From Neoechinorhynchus agilis (taxonomy: Eukaryota > Animalia > Acanthocephala), in assembly GCA_051530055.1 (NCBI GenBank), contig CM121342.1, positions 2,266,797-2,330,796 of the forward strand: 64,000 nt of DNA, in the 5' to 3' direction. The notes under the pieces were generated by a model. The model was not told the DNA's origin and did no database searches. It was given only the letters and a program-made list of their open reading frames with translations. Shown here piece after piece: positions 33,397 through 46,978 of the stretch. Position 1 is the first letter of the stretch. Each line of letters begins with the position of its first letter. The position numbers were made by a program, and so were the translations under genes.

Positions 33397-34257
33397 GTGA
33401 TTTTACCCGGCTTTATGTTAAAATCCTTGTGTAGTCAAAAGAACGATGAACCCGCTGTTCATGCCGGGTTTCTGGACTTTCAAAAATCAATAAAGGACAA
33501 TCAATCAGCTTTTTATGCCGATGATGAATTTTTGAAGCATTTAGAATTGGGAAAAGAGTTCGATAAAGGCGCTCAATATTACTCGCGACAAAAGGCCCGT
33601 GATAATGTTGGATTTGAATACAGTATTCCACCAAAGGAGCGAACATTAAACGCGAGAGTGCGAAACACGTATTTAAAATGGATTGAACACGAGAAGATGC
33701 TTGAAGATGAGGAGAATCATGCGATTCAAGTTATGGAAGGTAATGAAGTTCCAACTTCGCTAAGGTACTTACAATACGAGAAAGTCGAGGATGAAGGTGC
33801 GGATTACGACGTTTATTATAAGGAGATTCAGAGATTATCAAAGGCTGAGAAACGATACGAAGATAAGTTGAACAATACCGCGGATTCTGCGCTAATAACT
33901 GGTGGTGATGTGGCTTACGGACGAGCTGTTAAACGAGGAGATAGTGATGTCGAATTCGAAAGGAAAGTTTCTACTTCATCGTTGGGAGATGTTAACACAA
34001 CTTGGGAGGTTGATCAAGGTCTTTCCATAAGGTCACTTGCTAAGGTAGTTAAGAAGACAATGAGACTAAAAAAGAACAAACAAAACAATGAGAAACATAA
34101 CAGCCTTGAGGAAAATGGGAAAGAGTCAGAAGATGATGCCCAATTCGATTCGCAGCCGTCAGCGAGTGGAAGTCTACGGGGATTTCGAAACCTGGTTGGA
34201 GCTGCCAAGGATCGGTACAGATCACTCAGAGATTGGATTCCCGAAAGTGGCTATTAA
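33397..34257 (+). CDS. Orphan charged ~280-aa protein (first in-frame ATG 33415; possibly has an upstream exon)
   Basis: 861-bp stop-free frame, coding-like composition; no recognisable domain. Confidence 0.55.
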   Translation: MILPGFMLKSLCSQKNDEPAVHAGFLDFQKSIKDNQSAFYADDEFLKHLELGKEFDKGAQYYSRQKARDNVGFEYSIPPKERTLNARVRNTYLKWIEHEKMLEDEENHAIQVMEGNEVPTSLRYLQYEKVEDEGADYDVYYKEIQRLSKAEKRYEDKLNNTADSALITGGDVAYGRAVKRGDSDVEFERKVSTSSLGDVNTTWEVDQGLSIRSLAKVVKKTMRLKKNKQNNEKHNSLEENGKESEDDAQFDSQPSASGSLRGFRNLVGAAKDRYRSLRDWIPESGY

Positions 34258-35023
34258 AAATTAGTAGTATAAGTGCGAGAAGTGTGGAGGTGATAGTTGT
34301 TTTCAGCCCTTTTCTCTAAATAAGAAAGCAAGTTTGCGCTTATTAAAAGCATTTTAACTTACTTGGCATCTTATTTTATCTTAGCATAAAAGCTAAAAAC
34401 AAAGTTAACAATTTCAACAATATCACTGTTTTCTTTGCAAATAAGTCAAAATAGCAAAAGATTGAGGCAATCAGACAAATATATCGAAATTTATTAAAAT
34501 GATTTATTTTTCCTTCAGAAATAAAGTGAATTTTCGACATTTCGTTTTTAGAGCAAATCTAATCATAGCTGGCAATAATTTTACTTAAAAAAAGTTCGAT
34601 ATTTAAGAACATGAGTCATTCTATAGAATGCGAGAACTAAAAAAAGGAGCAAAAACAATGTATTTTAAAAAACGATTAAGCCAACAAAATCAATCCGATT
34701 TTATCTAAGCAAGTTGAACTGACTCCCTTTAGGCTTTTTTTAAGCAGTTTTAATAATAACCGGTAATATTTTTAGCCTATTAATACAAATGGGCTATATC
34801 TGAAATTCCCAATTCCTTATATAGGTTTATCTCTTGTCTGCAAACAAGTATAACCGGTGAACTGGTTCGCGTCTGACAAACAGATAAACGTTGGTGTATG
34901 TTGACTTGAGGTTGTCTGCTACTCACGAATCACATAAACGGTAAGCTTTATGCCTGGCAGCTGAAGTTACTTTAATATATACTAAAGCGATCCATTACTT
35001 AAAACAGACTCAATAGAACGTAA

Positions 35024-37634
35024 ATGCGTTTTCGGATCAATGCTTTTTGTGCTAAGAGATCGTTAAGATCTTTGATGAAATTCGGCTGGCGGATAACGAG
35101 AATCAAAACTGGTTTAAAAATCGTATTTCTTATCGTCACTGGATTCATTATTGGAAGTCTGATTGGATATTTAATCCGGAACGCTATTAGCCCAAGACAA
35201 GACTATGAACTTGTACGAAGAGATGGATTTGAGGACAGTGGTGATATGGTGGGAAAATTCAAAATAGATCGTCCTCGATATGCAGCCGATGAATTACATA
35301 TTAGAAAGCGACTTTTTGTAGGGATTATAGCGGAAAAAAATATAGACGAATTGCTCAATGGAATGTGTTTCCTGTTGGACCATGTTGCCGATAGAGTCGT
35401 TATTTTCACATCGAATAATCAACCGTTTTTAAATGACACAAAATTCGATGTAGTATCGTTCACAGACAAAAATGAAATCCATAAACCCTTCTATGTTCTC
35501 AAATATTTAAACGAAACTGAGCCCGATGAGTACTCATGGACTATGATAATCAATGATGACACTTACGTTCATGTGGGAAATGTGAGTGTTTTACTAATGC
35601 CTCAAAAGTACTATTCGTGTTTTAGCTAAAAAGGCTTGTGAAATCATTGAGTGCCAGTGATTATAGATGCATTGGTACCAGTCATAGCGAAGACTCCAGC
35701 CATCCTTCGATAAAAAATGGAATAATTCTTGCACACGTTGGTATCAGAGAAGTGATGCGCCAACATTTCGTTTTACAAACAACCTTTCATATTCAGATCC
35801 TAAGAAACCCAACCCTGGAAAATCTTGATCAGTGCCAAAGTAATTGGAGCAATTCAACAATTTCAACTGATCGATTCTTCGCGGATTGCATTTTTAAATC
35901 CACAGGAATACGATGCACCGGAAATATTAGGAAGGTTCAAGCCACAATTAGCTTTTAAGCAAGTGATTCATTTTGCGATTTTTAGAAATTAAGTTACAAA
36001 TCCATGTACTTTGATAGATTTGATACTAATTTGATAAAGAGCTCCTTGGAAAGTACAATTACCCTCCGGCCTATAGAATCCTTAAATCAATTCAACATCG
36101 TAAACAGGTATGATTTATTTCTCTACTAAGATTAGCAATCTTATTTAAGTTTGGTCGCTAAATTTGAGATCGATTTAATCGATGAAACCCTAAGACGACT
36201 TCAAAAAGAACTGATTAAGACTGACCAAAAATACCCAGTGGGTTTATCGAAACCATTTAAACCAACCAATCGATTTGATGTAAATGAATGGGATTACTTT
36301 GATTATGAGAAGGAAAGGCATTATAGCGTAGGAGAATCGGAACCATTTGAGAACTGTTAGTAGATTCCAAAAACAAAAATAGAAAATCACATAGCTTGTA
36401 GGTCATTTGAGTACATTTAGAAGCGTTGCACTTTTCGCTAAGGACCATTTAGTACGCGAGATTAAACTAAGGGAAACGTGAGTATACCTTCGTACATGAC
36501 TTAAACTTGATTAAATTTAGGGACCTAAAAGTGTCTCATATTTATTATCAAATCGATCCCACGTTCGGTGCAAGATACATGGTTGATGTTTTTCATAAAG
36601 GCGATGAAAAAGCGTTTGAAACTTATTCTTAGCTGTCATCATTTTCGTTTACTGATTTACCAAAAGTAGCAAGCATCTAAAACGACCAATAATGTTAGTT
36701 AAGAAAATATACTGAAATGGATATGTGGTTATCATAATCCCAGATAACTGAATATATAGAAGCCAAATTAACGGGCTGTATTCTTAAAAAGTTTAAGTTT
36801 TTAATTTTTATGAACAAATGTTACAGCTTTAAGTATTTTTTAAAGGAGCTTCTTCTAAAGACGCTTAGAAGCAGTTAAATATAGATTGGAACTGGCGGAG
36901 CCTTTATCCAAACCCGTGATTAAAATTCAAACTCAAAAAGCAACGATAAATGCAGTGATAGTAAAGATCGATCAAAACGATTGCGTAAATTTATCGACTG
37001 ATGCTATTCGTACCTTAAAATCGCCTCCAATAAAAATTGCAATTATAGCTGAAGGCATTTCGACACAAGAGGAAAAAAGATTGCAATCTTTTTTCACCTT
37101 TACAACTAGAAGGACATCGATCGCTTCACTGGTCATTGACCTTGATTTAAGTTATCATTTCCTGGCGGAAGCAAAGTGTTTCTTCGTATGTATAAAACGG
37201 AAATGGTAATCTCATTAGAAGCGACGATATTGGTCGTCAATTGCTGGTTAGAAAGCAGTTCTCTTTTAAAAATGATTGATTTTGCAAGCGATGGTGTCGT
37301 ACCTGGAGTTCAAGCATATTTCCCAATTCCTTTTCAGTACTATTCTCCGTGCTTGGTAAACAACACAAATGGCATCGTTCACAAAGATACCGGCTGGTTT
37401 AATCCGTACAACTACGATTATATGGCATTTTATGGAAAGGATTTGATGGGAAATAACGGAACTGTTTTTAATATCCTTCGAGATAACGGCATTCATATCA
37501 TCCACGCACCGGAACCACAACTAAGAGTACTTTACCATCAACCCGTTTGTAGCGATTTTCAGAATGAACTGTGCAAGAAACAGCAAAGAAGATCTCTGGC
37601 ACCCAAAACTTTGCTGGCTCAATTATCGTTGTAA
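35024..37634 (+). CDS. CHPF: Chondroitin polymerizing factor-like glycosyltransferase (multi-exon, type II membrane)
   Basis: TM segment IVFLIVTGFIIGSLIGYLI; YAADELHIRKRLFVGI; WTMIINDDTYVH; FDVNEWDYF; VPGVQAYFPIPF; GWFNPYNYDYMAFYGKD..HIIHAPEPQL..C..LAPKTLLAQL. Exon junctions only partly resolved. Confidence 0.85.
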
Positions 37635-38222
37635 TCTCTCTCTCATAAAGTTCTTCGGTATTACTAGTATTAGGCACATTAGATGAACTAAGCACTCAAT
37701 GAAGATTAACTATCTACCGAGATCAAAGCGTATTCTTATCTTAAGCAGAAACTTCATACAAAGCAACCTTTTAAAGAAAAAAGCGGTATCCTGATTTGGT
37801 CAAATATCTCAAGGAAATATTTTGGCTGGTGAATAAGCACAAACTACACTTGGCCATTAGAATTTCCCAACATCTCGGAACTATTCAAGGGCTGCACTTT
37901 CTTTGGGTTGCTCATTCTGAAAAAGGAATGCTGCTCAAGTTAACAACCGTAGTCATTACTCTTACTTTGGTACAGTCTTTTACGAACTGCAAGCGTCTTT
38001 CTAACATGGTTCAGATAGGTCCTTATTTTTCCGTACAATTCGCTGCGCGGCGGTTTAATAACTGAGTAAAAAGAACTTTTTTGAAAGATTAAGTCTAGGA
38101 AATCAAAAATTTCTATAAAATCAAGATTCTTGCCAAATAAGAAATGAATTCAAAAACGTTATAGATAAGAATAATTTAGTGATCAAAAATATAAAAATCA
38201 GCAATCATGTTTTCGAGTAATC

Positions 38223-38398
38223 TTTTTTATAGTGAATTATAATAATTTATTTGATAATTTTCGGCTTTCGCGTAGGCCTTTTTCAGTCTATTGCTATTGT
38301 AGGTTTTCAAAAATGTGTGAGTTCGTCTAAGAAGGTCTTCGCATAGGCCGAAAATTATCAAACAAAAATTAATCAATCATTATAATTCGCTATAAAAA
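38223..38398. repeat. Inverted repeat with degenerate hammerhead-like core in both arms (same family as 24394-24436)
   Basis: TTTTTATAGTGAATTATAAT pairs with ATTATAATTCGCTATAAAAA; left arm minus GACTGAAAA-A-GGC..GCC-GAAA-AT-TA-TCAA; right arm CTAAGAA-GGTC..GGCC-GAAA-AT-TA-TCAA. Confidence 0.65.
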
Positions 38399-39799
38399 GT
38401 AAATAATGAACATCTTTACAATAATCCTTTTTCAGGATTTTAATAAAAAAATTAACATTTTGCCGTAGAGCCAGATAATTCCATCGTTGCATCACAGTTC
38501 CTTATCGTATATAACAGCAAAATCAAAAGTGTTATACGGTTAGCGCTTAATGAAAGTCAATAAAAAAGGGTGCTTTTTTAGGAACACCCTTTTAATAAAT
38601 TAAGAAACTTCTTTAAAGATTGTTTATGCTCTTCTGCTTCCATAACGGATGAATGATTGATTCCAATAGATAATCCTGATTGCACCCGCAAACCATCTCT
38701 TTAATTTCTGAAATATAAGCATAAATCGATAACTCTAAGATTGAAAATTCCCCTGTTTTCCACAATGAGGATAATTTGCTATTAGTAAAAGCGTAGATGA
38801 ATATTCCGCTCAGTGGACATAATCCGTTTCTCTTTAGAGTCCGACGATTGTCTTATTTAGAAATCAAACTACCATAGCGGTCTCTGTAGCATAACGGCTA
38901 CTTCGGTCGGCTAAGTTTTGAGATTTACTAGATTGAAGCATCTAATTGGCAGCTATTCCATACAATCGCCATCGGCCATTGCCATTTGGTATCGTAGCCG
39001 TCGTGCTATGACGAGATCTCGTGGTCGATTGCCTCTCATGGTTTATTTACCTAAATCATCGTTAGTCTGCTATGCGGAATAGCCGTGCGCCACTTCTTTA
39101 CTAGACTTCCAACTTCTGCGCTAATCGGGATCTATATATTTCATCAATAAGCTGAGCAGATGAGTCCTCGTTAAGACAACTGGGAATTGTCTGATTTCGT
39201 TCACTTAAGACGAGGCAGTACGATTTGCGCAATAACATTCTTGGCTACCTGCTGATATTACAGCAACCTCGCGAATCGTAGAAAAATCACAATCTTAGTA
39301 TCTTATAAAAGTCTAATCAATTGTTGGTCCACGTTTTATTAGTATCATCATCTTGAGTACGATTTTCCGGCTAAAAGTGGTGATGTTTACACGTCCTGAC
39401 TATAAGTCAAACGGTCTTGTCAGTCACACTCAATACATCTTCCCGTCAATTTAGTCAAAAGCATCGTTCCTGTTATTATCCAAGATACAAGAAAAATTGA
39501 TATACGCCGTAATAAGTTTGCTAAGGTAAGTGAGCATTTAGAATATTCTAAGTTTTCTCGCTAACAGTGTGCCTGCATCAAATTACGATCCGTTTTCACA
39601 TTCCATGACTTTTCTGAACTGTTTTTCATTCAGGTGGAACCCATCTCAGAAGGTTATCAAATGTACTAAGGGCACTGATAAGTCTTGATTGTGTCAGAGG
39701 TTAATCATCTTTAAAATTGTTCAATTTAATTCTCGGTAGTTTTGCCACACCGGACTTAGATTCATTAATTAATTACACTCGAAGGTACCTTCAGGTGCG

Positions 39800-40600
39800 A
39801 ACAGAACACCTAAACAAACCTTGATAAAATCGGAATTATTGGAAGTGAAATATCGGAAATAAATTAGTGAATTATTGATTCCGAGGTGGCAAAGCTAGGA
39901 AAAAAGAAAGATAATAATTCAGGATATTAATTTGTTTATTACTGTTTGAACCCCATGTTCAACATATTAGAAAAATCTATTTATATTTTGCAAGGTTTTT
40001 AAGGCTCACTTTGGCGTCCCGTTTCCGTTGCCACTTGAAACACCTTTAAACTTATTTAAAACCATTGTGTAATAATTTTCAGGTGTCATATGTCTCCGTC
40101 CTGGAAGCGATGGAGCGTTTGAAGGTTTTCTTTGCAGCAGTCAGTGTAAAATGTGTTTGGCTTTTCTCGACTTTCTGCTTGACAAACAAGGAACTTTACA
40201 CAATTGGGCACACTTCTACATACACTCTTTTTGAAATCAATTTTTGAAATTATGAAATCGATAGTAATGACCTTTCCGATGTTATTTATACTCAAGCATT
40301 TTGCCAGGAATTTCTGATAATTGCCCCAAGGGAGCTTTAATTCCAAAATTGCTTTATTGCATGCGCAAATGTCGAATTTCGAGTATTAATAGCGCGAACT
40401 TGTCGCGGGTACCATGCCTTAACCTCAGCAATGAAGTTCTAGGCATTCTTTTTAGACAATAGAAAATATCCTTGTCATTTTCTGATGCCCAGATGCGGTT
40501 CCGATCGTGCATATTGTTAGGTAATCATACCTGCAGCATGCGAAACTTTGTCTTCCACTGCTCAAGATCTAATCTTGTTTTGATAACTTCGACCATGAAA
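39800..40600 (-). mobile_element. Possible very decayed RTE-type RT remnant
   Basis: IDFKKSVCRSV and FQVATETGRQ resemble IDF.KAYDSV and F.V.TGVRQG; many disruptions. Confidence 0.3.
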
Positions 40601-42744
40601 AGGTCTTCATTTCCAATAAGAACAAGAAAACTCTGTTAAAATAAGTATCATAGACCTTGATAAATAACCGTTAGCCAGTGAAATTCACACCCTTCGGCGG
40701 CAACCTTTGCTGTACTGACCTCTAGTCCGCAAGTCGAACCGTGACAGTCGCGACATATCTTTCATACACAAACCTGAACTCTTTTTCTCTCAAAGTTTTT
40801 GGAAAATAATCTGAACGGTCGATTGTTCACGCATCGATCACCACCGACACGCCTACGCATTTTCACCGTGGTCCATAATTAAAAACTGCGAACGATAACC
40901 CAAACTTCTTTATTTTAACGCGCTACCAATATTGTTCTGGATTTTTAAACACAGGTTAGTCTTTTTTCTTTGAACCAAATTCTGAGCATTAAATCAAAGC
41001 AACATAAAGATTGTACATGTCACTCACTTCTTTAATGATGGCATTCTATTAGCATCAAAGCAATAAGTCGAAACTCTTTCATTGACAAGTAGATATTGCT
41101 TTAATTTCTCGATGATGTTAGCGAGGATGTTTTTCTTTTGTCATGAGAAAATACGGATCGATGGATTGCCTTCTGCTCTGTTTGCTTACCTGGTATGTGA
41201 GTAATTCGTGCTAATAATCCGCTAAATGTATTCTATTGTTTATGATTTGAAGTTGCTCTTTTTAATCTTCAAAGTATTCTATGTGTTCCTTTTAATTCGT
41301 TATTCTGACCGAGCTAAAAGTTCTTTAGGTTTTTTATTTAGAAATTATTATTTGAGACAATAATCAGTTTCTAAGCAGTTTGATTTTCTTTATTTTTAAG
41401 AAAAGTCGCCTAATGTTATGTTTTTACACCCCACAAAAAAGTTCTGCGTCGTATTTACAGGGTTCCTAGAATTTGTATGCAAATTTTATATACGTTGCAA
41501 ATATGTGATCCATTAAAACCACTTGGGATAAAAATCTCGATTTATACAAAGCACAGCAACTAGTGCTCGACAAATTTTGAATGCTCTAATTCCTAAATTC
41601 AAGATTTTGATGAGATTAAATTGTGTAACTTCATCTCTGCTGTATTTACACAACGCTTATTTGTTCGAAGCAATTCCCTGGTCGCGGAAAGGGTTTTTTT
41701 ATAGAGGCAAATTCATTAAACATTTCATTTAAAAATTAAACTTCCCAAAATATCTGCAAGATAAGTCAATGTGACGATTTCATCTTTGTTGGCTCTAGAT
41801 GATTTTTCGGATGATTGGTTTATTGCATCGTTGTTTCCTTTAACAATCTTTATACTTTAGTCTTATAAATTCATTTAATAGGTTGAAACTAGGACATTGT
41901 CTATTTATTTTAGAAGCCAACATCTATAAAGGAGAACAACAACTACTTGTTCAATTTTAAATGTCCAGATATTTCTGTTGAACTCTTTTTGGTCCCGAGA
42001 TAGAAAATCATGAGTTACACTTGTTATGGTTTCGTAATGGTGGATGCGACGGAGCTATACGCCCTTTTCTGAGAAAGGTCGGAAGGTTGCTTTACGAAAC
42101 ACGCTGAAGCAAAATTCGCGCTTAGTGGGCGTCTAAATTCATCCCTGGCACCGGATTATCAGAGTTCAAGCTTTGAATTTGGCTTCTGGAATTTTAGAAA
42201 TAAAAACCAGTATTTGATAAAATGTCGGTTTTTCTAGGTCATCTGAATGTGAATTTTTTTATCAATTTTATAAGTTTTGCTTTATGAGCTCATTTGATGT
42301 TTCATCTTGTGCAGTAAATATCTTTTAGATCTTTGTTGTTAAATAATGTTATATTTGTCTCAGATATTGTAAAAGGTTATTAATTTATCGTATATGATTT
42401 CCTGTAATTCCGCTCTTTTCAAGAAGGTTGCAACCATCTCTAGAACCTACCTGTACGCTTTGTATGACTAGAATATTTTCATTTAGTTGGAAATGTTACG
42501 CTTGTCATTGTCCATTGGCATAACGGTCTACCGAGACAATTGTCCAGTCGTTAAAACCGACGGGGGCTTTATTAAAAAAACATTATTCACTTATTTGATA
42601 CATCCAGACAGTTTTAGGGATCTTTATTGGAAGCGTAGAAATCAACGAAGGATGTATACTCGGTTTAGCCCGTACCGTTCTTATTTAAATTAATTTTGCG
42701 ACAATGTAGACTCTAAGAGACAAATACTTGTCTTATAAAAAGTG

Positions 42745-43170
42745 ACAGGAAATTTTAAGTCTAGCTTCTGGTACTTTAAAGTGTCGACAAATTAGATTAT
42801 TTTTAATTACGCGACATTCAATCGCTTGAGTTCGATCGCACTGAATGGTCGAATCGGAAAATGTCGATCACATTTTCTAATTAAGCTGAGAGTTCATTGA
42901 AATGTTAAAACTATTAACTTTTTTAAGTTTAGCTTCTGGGACATTAAATTGGACAAATTAGATTACCTTTAATTACACTAAGTGAATGCGCTACATTTAA
43001 ATCGCGCCGAATAGTCGAATGGGAAAATATCAATCAGATTTCCCAATTAAGCTGTATTGAAATTTTACAACTTTTAATTTTTTGGTAAAATTTAGTTTCT
43101 GATACTTTGATTATTTTCAATCGCACGAATTTCAGCCCCGCTACATTTAGATCGGGCCGAATGATTTTAA
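42745..43170. repeat. Diverged ~165-bp tandem repeat (about 2.5 copies) upstream of the Src gene
   Basis: TTTTAAGT.TAGCTTCTGG.AC.TTAAA..GACAAATTAGATTA..TTTAATTAC recurs at ~42753 and ~42921. Confidence 0.55.
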
Positions 43171-43785
43171 GCGTAAAATATCGATTAGATTTCGAATTAA
43201 TTCTCATTTGAATTCGGATACATTTTTTAAGAACAAAGAATATTCTCACATTCCTTCCGGCACTGAGCCAATATTATTGATTCGCTAAAATGATTCCCTC
43301 AGCGTGAAGATGTTGTTTGTTCTTGAGGGACTCATTGAATGTTCTACTGTTTACGACATTGTCTGTCTTCTCCATCCTCCAAACAATTATTACTTCTGTC
43401 ACGGGCTGTAAAACACTGACATACATATTCGTTGATCTTTTGTTAGCCGGATGACATAACCGCGCACCACTTACATATCGGTTTGCTAAAAACCCATCCG
43501 CCGGTGTAAAATACTAAACAAACATCCTTAAGCTTCAGACGAGCTTTTGATTCAGTCCACACCCCCAATTTCCTGTCATCTTACTCTCGTCTACTTCTGC
43601 AAGTAATGGAATGACGCCAATAGTAGTTCTCGGTGTCTCTCCTCGTGTGTACAAGAATAGCTAAACTGACCGACACCATCCCTTCCCATTATATTCCTCT
43701 TATCGAAGAAAGTCTAATTTACACCATTAAGCCCGCGGCAGTCCGCATTTTCGACAGAATCCTTTTAGAAAACGAAGGCACTAAT

Positions 43786-45510
43786 ATGGGAGCTTGCGTG
43801 AGCAACAAACAAAAACAACGTAGGACTCGAATAATGAAGTATGATCGAAATGAACAACATCACAATCATTACCCTAGCAATTCTAACAATGTTCAAAACT
43901 CATTCAGCTACATTAACACTAAACCCACTCCTGGTGTGGACATGGTCGTAAATGGCAATGTTCATCATAGTCGACTCATTCACTCGGCATCTTCTGATTG
44001 CTCTCAAAACGCAAGACCTTTCAAACGGACAAATGCTGTAAATAACAACGGTCTTGCTCACCATCTATATGGAAATAATCGTGGCAAGTTGTACATAGCG
44101 CTTTACGATTACGAAGCGAGAACTGCGGAGGATCTTAACGTGAGGAAAGGAGATACACTTGAGATTTTAGACGGGCCCGATGATTATCCTTGGTGGTATG
44201 TTATGTCTAGAACTACCGGTGCAAAGGGTTACGTTCCAGCGAATTTTATAGCCGAAGTGGAAAGCCTCGAAGCTGAACCGTGGTATTTCGCAGAAGTTAG
44301 AAGATTGGACGCTGAACGATTGTTGCTACATCCTGCTAATGATATCGGTGCTTTTCTCATTAGAGATAGTGAAAGTAGAAAGACTCATTATTCACTCTCT
44401 GGTAAGTATCTTTCCTTTTTTGTGATTTGTTGCATTAATGACTCCTTGTCTGAAATAGTGAGAGATACATTGGAGGTAAAACATTATCGAATCCGTCATT
44501 CTCCTGAAGAGGGATGTTTTTTCATCGCTCGGCGAGTGACTTTTAAGACTTTGCATGATCTTGTCGATTATTACAGTCGAACAGCGGAAGGACTTTGCGT
44601 TGAGCTCCGAAGACCATGCGCGCGTACTGCCGTTCCAACAACTGAAGGATTGTCCTATAATACAGTTGACAAATGGGAAATTGACCGAAAGTGCATAAAA
44701 TTGACCCATAAACTTGGTCATGGTCACTTCGGAGATGTCTACGAAGGCGTTTGGTGTGGAAGTGTTCAGGTGGCTGTTAAAATGCTAATCCACGGATCAA
44801 TGAATCGATCGGACTTTCTTGCTGAAGCTCAAATAATGAAAAAACTTCGCCATCCAAAACTAATTCAATTATTTGCAGTCTGTACATTAGAAGAACCTAT
44901 TTACATTGTCACGGAACTGATGCGAAACGGTAGTCTGCAACATTATCTTCAGACATCGGAGGGGAAAAGAACAACAATGCCCACCCTTATTGATATGGCA
45001 GCACAAGTTGCAACCGGAATGGCATATCTTGAAAGTCAAAACTATATCCACCGGGATTTGGCAGCTCGAAATATCCTCGTAAACGATAATCTTGAGGTTA
45101 AGATCGCAGATTTCGGTTTGGCTCGTATTTTACAAGATCACCAGGAAGGCATATACGATGCCAGGCAAGGAACCAGGTTCCCTATAAAATGGACAGCGCC
45201 GGAGGGTGCACTTTATAATAAATTCACTATTAAATCAGACGTCTGGTCGTTTGGAATATTATTAGTAGAGCTTGTGACTTATGGTCGAGATCCGTATCCG
45301 GGTCTAAATAATAATGAAGTCTTGAAAAGAGTGCAAAATGGATATCGGATACCATGTCCAGTAACGTGTCCTCGGCAATTGTACGCAATAATGCTCGAGT
45401 GCTGGAGAAAAGCACCTGAAGATCGACCCGCATTTGAAACATTACAATGGCGACTAGAGGAGTTTTATTCTCTGGATAAACTGCAATATGACGGCGATTC
45501 ACCGAATTAA
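43786..45510 (+). CDS. Src42A: Src-family tyrosine kinase, Src42A/FRK-like (SH3-SH2-kinase), one 57-bp intron 44402-44458
   Basis: MGACVSNK myristoylation/palmitoylation start; [15 protein letters not shown]3; [15 protein letters not shown]2 (splicing gives HYSLSVRD); [32 protein letters not shown]; C-terminal tail Tyr (LQYDGD). Confidence 0.95.
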   Translation: MGACVSNKQKQRRTRIMKYDRNEQHHNHYPSNSNNVQNSFSYINTKPTPGVDMVVNGNVHHSRLIHSASSDCSQNARPFKRTNAVNNNGLAHHLYGNNRGKLYIALYDYEARTAEDLNVRKGDTLEILDGPDDYPWWYVMSRTTGAKGYVPANFIAEVESLEAEPWYFAEVRRLDAERLLLHPANDIGAFLIRDSESRKTHYSLSGKYLSFFVICCINDSLSEIVRDTLEVKHYRIRHSPEEGCFFIARRVTFKTLHDLVDYYSRTAEGLCVELRRPCARTAVPTTEGLSYNTVDKWEIDRKCIKLTHKLGHGHFGDVYEGVWCGSVQVAVKMLIHGSMNRSDFLAEAQIMKKLRHPKLIQLFAVCTLEEPIYIVTELMRNGSLQHYLQTSEGKRTTMPTLIDMAAQVATGMAYLESQNYIHRDLAARNILVNDNLEVKIADFGLARILQDHQEGIYDARQGTRFPIKWTAPEGALYNKFTIKSDVWSFGILLVELVTYGRDPYPGLNNNEVLKRVQNGYRIPCPVTCPRQLYAIMLECWRKAPEDRPAFETLQWRLEEFYSLDKLQYDGDSPN

Positions 45511-46428
45511 ACGAATATTAAGCCCTGAAATGATGTTTTGTATACCTTGTCTCGTGTGCTTGTGATCGCAGCCCAACGAACCTATGTTTTTTATATAAAG
45601 GCTTTTGTTTTTTATTTCGTCAAATTTAGTTTCGATGGTGAAAAAGGCAGAATGCGCATTAAGCTTGTACTCTTAAGCATTCTTCGATTATCTTATACAC
45701 TCTCGTTCTTTATAATTTATTTCCTAACCAAATCGGTTTAATCGACTACCCAGCGATGATATGAACTTTTAAAAATTTATAAATCCACCAAAAGTATTAG
45801 ACCTTAAAACGAAAACTGATGGGCAAAAAAATAACATGACCGATTCGCCCGAAAATAATATCGGGTAAAAATAAGCGTTCCCACTTAAATAAAATCGAAC
45901 TTAATAACAAAAACGCTGATCAAAAGGCTTACATGTTATTAATTCTGAAGAGCGAAAATCATATTAGGGGGTTATTATACATTCTATTTTTGCACCATAA
46001 AAATCGTTAAGACGCAAGGATAGCTTTGATCCCGAAAACTTTTTGCTTTCGTTTTATTTACGCTTTTTCGCAGTTATGCCAAGAGATATTAAATCCCTTT
46101 GAAACTAACATATCTGCGTTTGAACAAATGCACGCAAAAAGAATATTAGATAATCTTCTCAACTGTCTTTGTGTCACAAGATTTTTTTGGGTAAATTCTC
46201 TTCGAGATCAAAATGTCTCATTCGAATATTTTTGTTAAACAAATCAGGTCCACATTTTGTTTATTCACAGTGTATTTTCGTTCACTCGATGTTTACAAAA
46301 TTATATTTGCCATAGGAAACTAAGTTTGTTTATAGTCAATATATCTTTTAGTTGCTAGTACACAATCTTCGAACTATTTAACATCTCCAAATTATATACT
46401 AGAAAGGATTATACCAAGGTATTTATTG

Positions 46429-46978
46429 ATGTATCATTCTTATCTTCACCGTGCTCCTTTCTTTTCTGCTCTATGCATTCTCAGTCACTTGTGGTCGAGC
46501 CTCAAACCAAAATGCTTTGAAAACGGAACTGAAAATGGAATACTTAAAAAAGCATTCGAACCAGGAAGCCCCAGGGGCAAATTCTAAAACTACAATGCCA
46601 ACAGATCCGTCCTCGTACCTTCAAAGTGTAATAAATACGACGGCTGTAGAGGACGTTCCAGTTCGCGATGATGTGCTCCGATATTTCAATGGGATTTTTG
46701 GAAACCTTCTTAATCTGATAAAGTTAAACGAAGGATGTTATTGCAACGATATCAGGATGGAGACAATCATTAAGCTTCTAAAAACAAGGGATAAACTATA
46801 CGAAAAATATACGAAAATAGGAAAGCCGCCAAAGCATCTACCGGATAAACATGTTCTCGAAATAGCCAAATGCTTCGATCCATACATTGAGTGCCTTGCC
46901 AAAATGGATCGCATGGGATTTCAGTTTATGATGATGATGTTTGACCGGTTCAAAAATGTCGTAAATCGTAAAATTTAG
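46429..46978 (+). pseudogene. Secreted orphan protein, copy A, +1 frameshift in codon 4
   Basis: ATGTATCATTCTTATC versus ATGTATCATTTTATC in copies B and C; downstream frame is identical in amino acids to copy B. Confidence 0.75.

Noticed and set aside
43633-43785. 51-aa N-terminal extension of the Src ORF
   Set aside because: Starts at a GTG; the ATG at 43786 gives the MGACVSNK myristoylation signal, which must be N-terminal.
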